A model generated the notes under the pieces. It ran no database searches and was not told the origin of the DNA. It saw only the letters and a program-made list of their open reading frames with translations. A program made the translations under genes and the position numbers. Positions 9,916 to 19,600 of a stretch of 64,000 bases of DNA are shown here, one piece after another. Location of the stretch: NCBI GenBank assembly GCA_965206645.1, contig CBDBKE010000004.1, positions 1,088,001 to 1,152,000 of the forward strand, in the 5' to 3' direction. Source of the stretch: Terriglobia bacterium (GTDB lineage Bacteria; Acidobacteriota; Terriglobia; JAJPHL01; JAPKYU01). Every line of letters begins with the position of its first letter. Position 1 is the first letter of the stretch.

Positions 9916-11487
9916 TGACCAGACCGATTTTTTGTACCAGTCGTTGTGAGAGAGTTTACATCACAACCTGGGGCTGTGAAACTGGGTTCCGGACAGGGTT
10001 ATAGAGTCTGCGTGAAAGCCGCTTTTGCGAGTCACGTATAATGCGCCTTAAGGAGCGCGATGAAATTCTTGACCTACAACCCGTAGCAAGCGTATCTGCT
10101 GCCGCCCAGCGTGCGGGAGGTGCTGGGAGAAGATCACATCTGTTTTTTTGTGCACCAAGTCGTGGAGCGGCTGGAACTGAGTGCGTTTGAGCAGGGCTAG
10201 GTGGAAGAAGGCCGCCCGGCCTATCATCCGGCGCTGTTGCTGAAGGTGTGGCTGTATGCCTACGAGCTGGGCGTGACCTCGGCCCGCCGTCTGGAACAGC
10301 GGGTGCGGGAGGACCTGGCGTTCCGTTATCTGGCGTCCGGAGCGGGGCCGGACTTTTGGACGCTGAACCAGTTTCGGACGCGGCACGCCCGTGCCCTGAA
10401 CGATCTGTTCACACAGGTGGTGGAGTTGGCGCGGTCGCTGGGAATGGGGCGGCTGGGACACGTGGCCATGGACTCGACGCGGGTGGCGGCCAACGCCTCG
10501 CGGGACCGGGTGGAGACGGTGGCCAAGTTGCGGGCAGAGCGAGCCAAAATTCGGCGGCAGATTCGTCGCTGGCAGAAACAATGTGACGCGCAGTCCTGCG
10601 AGGAAGCGGCTGGCCAGCAACTGAGCGGCAAGCAGATGGCAGCGCTGGAGAAGCGGCTGGAAGAAATCCCGCGATGCCTGGAGCGGTTGCGCAAAAGCGG
10701 GCTGAAGCGGCGTTTGGAAACCGATCCCGATAGCCGGTTCTTGCGCGACCGCAAGGGATTCACGCTGGGTTACACGGCGGAGGTGGCGGTCAGCGAAGAT
10801 CATCTGATTGTCGAGCAGCACGTGGGGCAAAACGCCACCGACAACGCGACGCTGGTCCCTCTGGTGGAGGCGGTCGAGCGGCGCTGCCGGGAACGCCCGC
10901 AGAAGATCAGCGCCGACAGCGGCTTCTTTTGCTTGGAGACCATCGTGGAACTGGCCCAGCGTGGCCTGGACGTCTATGTGCCCGACTCGAACTTGGCGCG
11001 GGAACTGAACCGAGGCCAACGCGCGCCCGGAGCACCTGCTGTACGGCATCCGGAACATCGGCGAATGCGACGCAAGCTGCGCGACCCGGCCGGCCGGGCG
11101 GTTTATCAGCGGCGCAAGGCGATCGTGGAACCAGTGATCGGGGTTTTGAAAGAACAGCGTGGAATGCGGCAGTTCCGGCGGCGGGGCCTGGAGAAGGTCG
11201 CGGTGGAGTTCGCGCTGGCCGCAACGGCCTTCAACCTCACCCGCCTGTGGCGCAACAAACCGAAGCTAAATCAGGAAGGCTAGTTCAGCAGACTCCCGGA
11301 CCGGCGACTCGGCGAAGATCGAAACACCAGAATTCTGGAGCGAATCATGATCCCTTTTGATTTCCAGCCAGCTAAACCGAGTTTCCACACAGGCTCTATA
11401 GCCCTCCCCTGCCACTGAAACCAGTTTCACAGCCCCAGGCTGCGATGTAAACTCTCACTACGGTTGGTACAAAAATCGGTCTGGTCA
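9916..11487. mobile_element. Chimeric element: IS1182 flanked by two inverted IS3 right ends
   Basis: 9916-10003 is an inverted IS3-like IRR; 11397-11487 is the IS3-A IRR. Confidence 0.8.
10004..11396 (+). mobile_element. IS1182 copy 2, transposase pseudogene (10060-11283)
   Basis: Near-identical to 3474-4867; TAG at 10084 and 10198. Confidence 0.92.
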
Positions 11488-11689
11488 GTGCGAAGGACCG
11501 GTTTGCGTTCATCGTCTGAAACGAGTTGCAAAAAGAGATCGAAAACGCCCCGCCGGAGTCGGGGTGCGAAGCCGTCCCCAAGTGGCTGCGGGAAAGGCTC
11601 CGATAACGTGGTAGGGGGAGACCCGTTGCATCTACGCCAACGGGCACCCATGGGATGACTTGGAAATTTATTCATGGAGGGAAGAAGAC

Positions 11690-11810
11690 GATGAAACGTT
11701 ATTTGCTTTCTCGAAACACCGCATGTCTCGGTGGGCTCTTGGTGGTGATCGTGGTTGGGGGGTTGATGTTCGCCTTTGGCGAGGGAGGCCCCAAGCAAGC
11801 GCTGGTGGCT
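11690..11810 (+). pseudogene. Second TrbC/VirB2 pilin remnant
   Basis: VIVVGGLMFAFGEGGPKQAL, similar to 6140-6310. Confidence 0.55.
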
Positions 11811-12199
11811 CCGGTTCTGTGGCTTGCACACCCGACCCTTCGGCGGCCCGGGAAATCATCGGGATCGAGCAGGCAACCCTGGAAGGCGATTGGAGTGTAC
11901 TCGATGAGTATGGCGGACTACAAGCCGCGCTCAAACGGAGCGACGAGTTGAAAAATCTTGATCCACAGCGCCGCGGCAGGACGATCATCGACGGCTATGC
12001 CACCTATGCAGTCCGTGGCAGAAGTGGTCATTTCCAGCAAGAGGCGATGAACCGCACGCCCCCCGGCGACCGCCGCAGGTCGGACGCCGCGATGAATGCC
12101 TCGTAGCCTTCACTCACGATGTAGCTCATGTTCATTCTCCTTGTCGAAGGATCGGATCGCGGTGGGGACCGGCCTCGCCGCTCTCTGATGCCTGCCGCA

Positions 12200-12448
12200 C
12201 TAGGACTCCGCCTCCGGCTCTTCTTCGTGCTGAAGCTCGAAGATGCGTGAGTGGGCCTGATCGGCCACTTTCGCCAGCAGCAACAGGTCGTTGCGACTGA
12301 AGCTTTGCGTCCTCTTCCATTCCTCGCCGTCCTTGTAGAGGCGGGAGAAGGTGACATTGTACCGCGTGCGGCCTCCGGTTTCGTTCGGCCAAATCGCAGC
12401 CTTGACGCGACCGATGCGGACTTCAGAGCTGGGTTTGGGGTTAGCCAT
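12200..12448 (-). CDS. Small putative ssDNA-binding protein, copy 2
   Basis: Highly similar to 1257-1505; same RBS. Confidence 0.75.
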   Translation of the reverse strand: MANPKPSSEVRIGRVKAAIWPNETGGRTRYNVTFSRLYKDGEEWKRTQSFSRNDLLLLAKVADQAHSRIFELQHEEEPEAES

Positions 12449-12968
12449 GATGTGTTTCCTCCTGAAAGTTTAAGGGTTTGTGAGCGCTTCCGCTCACCCG
12501 CAAATGGCGGAAACGGCCAAACCCTGACACGGGAGGAACAGCGCCGACGAAGCCAGTGACGGGCAGGGCCGACAAGGGCAAGAGCGAGTGACAGACGCCT
12601 GCCAGGCGAGGGGACCGTTCTGGCGCGAGCCTTGCGTCGGAACCAACCGGACCAAGCTAAGGCCAGCGGCAAAATGGCGCAACCCCATACCCGTCTTCCG
12701 GTCGGAGGCGGCAAGCTCGATTGGTAAATCGCAACCGGGACGGGGCACCTGGAACCGGACGCGCCATGCTCCGGCGAATGGAACGCAACGCAAAGGGAAT
12801 TGCAGGATGGATTCTTGCCAAACTGAACGGTGTTGGGCCACAAGCAGCTTCATTGCAGCAGGAAGCCTTGCCAGGGTAACACGCGCATCAGCGGTGCTCA
12901 TCCTCCCCCGCCGCTTCTGATCTCACTTGCAAACTCCAATGTGGGGACTTCGATCATGTCTAGTAGCT
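12449..12968 (-). repeat. Conserved structured non-coding leader, copy B
   Basis: Reverse-complement homolog of 790-1256 and 24296-24600. Confidence 0.8.
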
Positions 12969-13046
12969 CAGGGCGTTCAGCCCCCCTTGTGCTCGGTTTG
13001 TTTCTGTGTGGTTCCTGTCTGGGGCGTGGGAGGATTCCGAGCCCCG

Positions 13047-13233
13047 ATTCGCAAATGGTGACCGAACGGGTGATCACGCCCAGCAATTTGTTATTAACTA
13101 CAATATAATAAATTAGTTAATAGCATAATAGGGCGGGCGGGAGCGCCCCCCCCTCTTCGAGACCTCGGTGCGGACATGGGGACGGGTGGGTTTTCACACC
13201 GCCGCCCCGCCCCCTCGGGGGGTCGCTCCCGTC
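13047..13233. repeat. AT-rich inverted repeat in GC-rich flanks (candidate origin/operator), copy 1
   Basis: TATTAACTA-N13-TAGTTAATA at 13092-13122; homolog at 22750-22940. Confidence 0.65.
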
Positions 13234-13493
13234 TAAATTATCCCTGCGGGAAGGCCTTCGAGCCGGCTAAGAAGCCGGTGCTGGGGACGGCGGAGCCGAG
13301 GCGGTTGCGGAGCAGATCACAGTTCGTTTACTGGCCGCGCCGACACGCGCCGGGCATGTGCCACAACCAAAGATCTCCGATTCGCAGCACGCGCAGATGG
13401 CCGCCCCACATCGCACGCGCTCGCTCTCGGAGCCGCGAGATTTGCGAGACTTACACGAAGCTGGATGTGTCTCGGAAGTAACGAAGGGACTGA

Positions 13494-14414
13494 TTGATGG
13501 CTGCACTACATCCATTGGAAAGGGATCTGGCAACACTCTGGGAATTTTGTCGGAGAGCCAAGACGGGAATACGGGGAGGGCCGACAACGAACTCTGAACA
13601 ACAGATTTTTACGTATGGGCTTGTCGCTTACGCCATAGAGTTGGCAACAGCGGTGGGTTGGCTGACAACGGTAAAGAATGGACCGGGAGCCATGACACTG
13701 ATGGTGACCCTTGAGGCCACACATAAGACAATCGAGCAGGTCATCAATGTAATGGATCCCAATGATCTGAGATCCGTTCTCCGCGCTCCGAAAGGAAAGA
13801 TCAAAGTTGATTTGGCGAAGTGGACGAGCCCAATGGCCAAGCAATTCTGGAATGTTGTGGACAGTCCGCTGCGGACCGATTGTCGACACGGCGGTTCCGT
13901 CCACTGGGACTGGCTGATGGAAGCTGACGAAGCGGGGCGGATCTGGGAGCATTCCGTGGGCAACCAGAGAAAAGCCGTGATGGGTACAAACGCCGCAATG
14001 GTACAGATAGTGAATTTGTTCGGCGACGCTGCAGAGGACGACCTGGAATGGAATTACCAGCAGATCACGGGAAACGTCTGGCGAGAGGAGGACTTGAACT
14101 GGGATGCGTCGACAAGCGAAGTCCCATGGTACGCGCCGTATCGAGCGATACAACGGCAAGCTCCCCCGAGGGGGATGTCTCAGGTCTTGCAAGCCATTAA
14201 TGAGTACGAGAAGACTGCCTCCCTCGTCTTCGACATTGAATGGGGTGGACGTCGCCCGCAGGACACGAAAGAACCTTGGGGAGAATACCGACTCTATGCA
14301 ACGAATACGGCCATGGCGCTTGGAGAGGGCGTTTACAACCTTGTGCAAGCAGGGATGTACGGAGCGGCATTTGCTCTTGCACGAGCGAACTGGGAGAGCG
14401 CGGCGAATGCGCAC
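13494..14414 (+). pseudogene. Hypothetical helical protein, 3'-truncated by IS3
   Basis: Stop codon is supplied by the IS end at 14415. Confidence 0.55.
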
Positions 14415-15694
14415 TGACCTGCCGGCTTTCTTCGGACCACCGATTACTGGAGAACAGCGCCAGTCGGCATGGTTAAGTCGCTCTCGTGTTCTTCTTGGTC
14501 AGCGTGAGCCGGCATCGCCGGCGAGCGCCCACCGTCATCCGAGCCAGCACGGAGCTGCGCTTTGAACTCGGCTGGCGTCAGATAGCCAAGGCTCGAGTGC
14601 GGTCGCACGTCGTTGTAGTGCCGTCGCCATTGCTCGATCCCCACCTTCGCGTCCACGCGGTTCCGAAACCACTGCAGGCTCAGATACTCGTCGCGGAACT
14701 TCCCGTTGAACGATTCGTCGGTCGCATTCTGCCACGGCTTCCCCGGCTCGATGAGCGCGGTTTCGATCTGCGCCTGGAGCAGCCACCGGAGAATCGCACC
14801 CGCGACAAACTCGGGGCCGTTGTCGGACCGGAGGTAACGTGGGGCTCCGTGGACGCTCACGAGCTGCGTGAGCACCTCGATAACGCGCCCGGACCGAATG
14901 CCGCCGGCCACGTCGATCGCGAGTGACTCGCGGGTCCATTCGTCGACGACGGTGAGGCACTTGAGCGTCTGCCCATTCGCGCAGGTGTCGAACACGAAGT
15001 CGTACGCCCAGACGTGATTGACCGCAGTGGCGGGCACCGGGCGGGGCCGGCTCAGGGCGACCCGGCGCCGCGGCCGCCGCCGAGGCACCTGCAACCCCGC
15101 CTGGCGCCAGAGGCGATGGGTCCGGTCCGTGCTCATCGTGTGCCCTTCGCGTTTTAGGAAAATCCGAATCCGGCGATAGCCGTACCGCGGATACTGCGCC
15201 GCCAGACGACGCATCGCGGCCAGCGCCGGGGCATCCCGGTCGACCAGCCGCGACTGGTAGCCCAGCGTGGACCGTGCGACGGAGAGCAAGGCGCACGCGC
15301 GGCGACCCGACAGACCGCGTGCACGTGCATACGCGACCTGCGGCCGGCGCACGCGTGCGCCTACCATTTTTTTCGGGTGATCTCCTTGAGCACGTCGATC
15401 TCCAGATCTCGATCGGCCACCATCTTTTTCAGCCGGCCGTTCTCCTGCTCGAGCTGCCGCAGCCGCTTCACATCGGCGGGCTCCAACGTGCCGAAGTGTT
15501 TCCGCCAGGCGTAGAGCGTCTGGGCGCTGACGCCGTTCTTTTTGGCCACCTCCGGAACGGGCCGCTGATCGGCCTCGCGGAGGATCGTCACCATCTGCTC
15601 TTCGGTAAACCGGGTCTTCTTCATGGCTCCCTCGTTTCTCCGAGGGCGCCATTCTCTCAGGCTTCAGCTGGTCCGGAAATCGCCAGGCAGGTCA
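14415..15694 (-). mobile_element. IS3-family element B (orfA 15361-15624, orfB to 14444)
   Basis: TGACCTGCC...GGACCA IRs at both ends; A7 slippage; WAYDF, SDNGPEF. Confidence 0.93.
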
Positions 15695-15764
15695 TCAGCT
15701 TGTTAGGTATCTTCATCGTCGCGCTTTCTTCTTCTCCAGTCCCCCTGGAATCGCTGTGAGTCGA

Positions 15765-16034
15765 ATACGAACTCCAGCGGCCTCAACTTGGAGGTCCCCG
15801 CCATCATGCTCTGGAACACAGTTTACCTGGAACGGGTGTGCAAGCGTTGCGGGGCGCCGGAAATACGGGTGACAGTCTGTTTTCCCACCTGTCGCCACTG
15901 GGCTGGGAAGCATCAACCTGACGGGAGACTACAACTGGCGGCAGAACAAGCAAAACGAACCGGGCGACTTCCGGCCCATCCCGCCGCTCAATCGGCCTTA
16001 GCGTGCGATTTTCTCCGTTTCGTGTGGTGACCCC
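15765..16034 (+). mobile_element. Tn3-family tnpA 3' remnant with 38-bp terminal IR (15997-16034)
   Basis: AIMLWNTVYLER, HLSPLGW, NLTGDYNW; IR CTTAG...GACCCC. Confidence 0.8.
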
Positions 16035-16298
16035 ATTCATGGCTTGTCGTGTCGTTCGCTTTGCCGCAGTAGCTGGTCCACGGCGACCACCTTCCCGCTC
16101 CGGCGAACCTCAGGCAACGACTTGCGCCCTTTTGCTTGTTCCAAAACCTCAATATCAAGTCGCTGAAGCTCGCTCTTGAGACGAAAGATCTCACGCTCGG
16201 CCTTGATCACTTGAAAGGATCACGTGGCGGTGGGAGAATCGAGCCATGGGAGAATAGGCGGCTCTTTCCAGACGGTTACAATGTCCCCAGAACTCTAG

Positions 16299-16580
16299 AT
16301 GGCAAATAAACACACTGAATTCTGGCTTGCTTTATTGAACTTGGGAAAAGACGCGGACCACCGGGTGCGATTGTGGAACGGCTATCTTGGCTGGAAGCTG
16401 CCTCCCAAAATAAAAGGGGAGATGGAGCCCAGGGCTGGCTGGCCTCAATTAATCGTCGATGCCCCGGACGGTGGTTGGCCGGAACTGACCGGGGAAGACA
16501 AAGAGACAATCGAGATATTGGCCGATACCCGTGGCGGGCATCCTCGGCGGTCAGGTCCAATCGTCGTTAGGCGCACCTGA
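16299..16580 (+). CDS. Trp-rich hypothetical protein upstream of the helicase
   Basis: ATG ORF of 93 aa, co-oriented and adjacent to the large helicase. Confidence 0.5.
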   Translation: MANKHTEFWLALLNLGKDADHRVRLWNGYLGWKLPPKIKGEMEPRAGWPQLIVDAPDGGWPELTGEDKETIEILADTRGGHPRRSGPIVVRRT

Positions 16581-16615
16581 CGCGCGATGCGGGCAACGGA
16601 CAAGAATACGATTGT

Positions 16616-19600
16616 GTGAAAGCCCCGACCGATGGCACAGAAAACCTCATGAACTTAGAAAGAACTCGGCTTCTTTCCCTTATCGAATTCTCTCAGCAGT
16701 CTGCTCGGCTACGGGGCAAGCCAGCCGCTACCATTGCCGCACACGATCTCTTCGCTCTCTACGAGCACGAGATCCAAGGACTGCCGGGCATCCGCATTAA
16801 CGTCAACGGCCTTGAGAGCGACGACGAGATTTGGCTTGCCGTTGAGCGGCTGCACGAGACGAGGCCCCCGGATATTGCCAGCGCGGTGCTGCGGCCCTGG
16901 GTGCGAATGACGCAGGAACCAGCGGAAGAACCGAGGCTGAGCGAGGCCACGGACGGCGCATGTCTGATTGCAGAGGGCACGCATTGTTCATCGGCAACTC
17001 CATCCGAGCAAGGCAAACCTGTCATCGCCCCCGAGGCGACGGTCATACTCTCCGACTACGACAGGTGTGCTCTCGTCAAGGCCCAGTTCGCCGCCTACTT
17101 AGACACGAAGTGGCGCCCCTGGGCAGAGGAAGAGAAACTCCGTCGCAAGACCATCCGCCTGTACTCCCAACTCTTCACGCTCAAGCAGAGGTTCGAGGGC
17201 GGCATTGTTGAAGCGCAACTCGAGCTCGTCTGGGGAGTGGGCCTCGGCATCTGGAACTCCAATGGCACCAGCGTGAGCTATCCATTGGTAGGACGGCTAG
17301 CCGAAATGTCGCTCAACTCTGTGACGGCCGAAGTGGAGGTCCGACCTCGGGATGTCGATGCTCGCACCGAGGTTGACTGGTACGCATCCGTCGATAATCC
17401 TGGCGTTGCCGACTTGGAGAGGGCAGCGAAGGAATTCTTCGGGAGTGCTACGACAACCTTTTCGCCGTTCGACCGCGGCACCTTCGAGCCTTTGCTTCGC
17501 ACCGCGGCTACCAACCTCGACGCGAACGGCATCTACTGGCCAAACGAAGTGTCGGCTGAGGACCGGACGCTGCCCAAGTCCGACGACAAGCTCAAAGTCA
17601 CCGATACGTGGGTGCTCTTTGCACGTCCGCGCACCAACAACCTGTTTCTGCAAGACCTGGACAAGCTGAAAAAACGAGCCGAAGAAGCCGAGACCTACCC
17701 ACCCGCTGTGGCTGCAGTGCTGACCGACCCGGACACGACTAACCGGGTCGTCGAACTGCCACCCTTCCGTGGTGTCTCCGCCTCATACCACTTGGAGCGC
17801 AGTACGAGCGACGAGAAGGCGTATGACCTCTACTTCCCCAAGGCCTTCAACGACGAACAGGTCCGCGTCATCCAGTTGTTAGACATTTCCGATGGCGTCG
17901 TCGTGCAGGGTCCGCCTGGCACGGGCAAAACACATACCATCGCCAACGTTATCTGTCACTACTTGGCGGGGGGCAAGCGGGTGCTCGTGACCTCAATGAA
18001 GGACCCGGCATTGGCGGTGCTGCAGGAACAGCTTCCCGAGGAAATTCGTCCGCTCGCCATTTCGCTGTTGACGAGCGAACAGGAGGGTATGAAGCAGTTC
18101 GAGCACGCCATCCACAAGATTGCCTCCGAGGTGCAGGGCCTCGACAGAAGCAGCACAGCGAGAACCATCAACCATCTTGAAGAATTCATTGATACCCTCC
18201 ACGGCAAGCTTGGCAGCATTGACCGCAAGATCGGCGACTGGGCGAAGCGGAACCTCGCCAAGGTCACGTTTGAAACCGAGGAGATCGACCCTCAAGACGC
18301 AGCGCGCGAAGTGGTCGGGAACGCCGACCAGTTCGAGTGGATTCCTGACATGCTTGGAATCACTCCGGAGTTCGCCCCGCAGTTCTTGGATGCGGACGTT
18401 GTGCGGCTACGAGAGGCAAGGCGTGCGCTAGGCCAAGACATCGACTACCTTGATGCGTCGCTGCCGCAACTCGTTGAGTTTCCAGACTCCAAAGCACTGC
18501 TCGAAGTCCACCAGGACCTGTCCCAGTTTGAAAAGCTGAAAGAGGGCGTCGATAACGGCGAAGTTCCGGCGCTCGCCGATTCGACGCAGGAGACGCTCGC
18601 TCGCGCTCAGCAACTCCTCACGCTCATCGAGGCGTTTCAGCGCCTGCGCGACGAGGTAGTGCAGGCGCATCGTCAGTGGACGGTCGCCATGAGCGAGCGT
18701 CTACGGCGCAGCGGCAACGACAATCTGGTGCCGATTCTAGAAGCCCTCGGCGCCGAGCTTGAGCAGGCTGTCGACCGGCGCAAGGCCTTTCTTGAGCGGC
18801 CGGTTACCACGCCCGCAGGCATCGAGCATGATACCGAGCTCACGGAGGCTGTGAGCAATCTTGCCGAGGGTAAGAGTCCTTTTGGTCTGAAGGGACTGTT
18901 CGGCAGGACCGCGCAGAAGAAGCAGCTGGACAGCATTCGCGTTCTCGGCACTCCCCCTGCCAACGCCGACAGTTGGAAGCATGTCGCCGAGCATCTGGCG
19001 TTGTTGAAATGCCTGCGCGAACTGGCCTTGCGGTGGAACACTCTTGCCCTCGAGCTTCCACTTGAAACCGTACCGGGGGACAAGCCGGAAAGCGGCCTGG
19101 CAGCCTCCCAGGCCTACGCCCTCTACCTCAAGGTAAAGGGCGCAGTTAAGGCAGAACGCGAACTCTGCGCCGCAGCTTCTCTGGTTTTCCCCAACTGGGT
19201 TCATGTCCACGACCTGGCGGATAACACGCAGCGGCTCGCTGAGCTGGAGAAAGCGGTGCGGCACCACCTTACCAAGAACCGACTCGCCAACGTCTGGGCT
19301 CACAAGGAGCGCTTTCAGAAGGTACTGGAAGGCCGCACGGGCCACGTCGTAGAGGACATCCGCCGGTTTCTAGCCGAGACGCTAGGCAATCCTGAAATTG
19401 AAGACGCCCGGATGCAGGCTGGGTGGGCGACGTTGATGACGGAGCTATCTCGCGTGCTGGGCCTGGGCACGCATCTGGCCGCGCTGCATGAGGTTTGCGG
19501 CATAGTTGAGGCCTCAGGGGCGCCTAAGTACGCGGCGTCGCTCAAACGACCGCTTGAGGGCACGGTGGATGGCCTTCTACCAGACCACTGGCGCAGCGCA

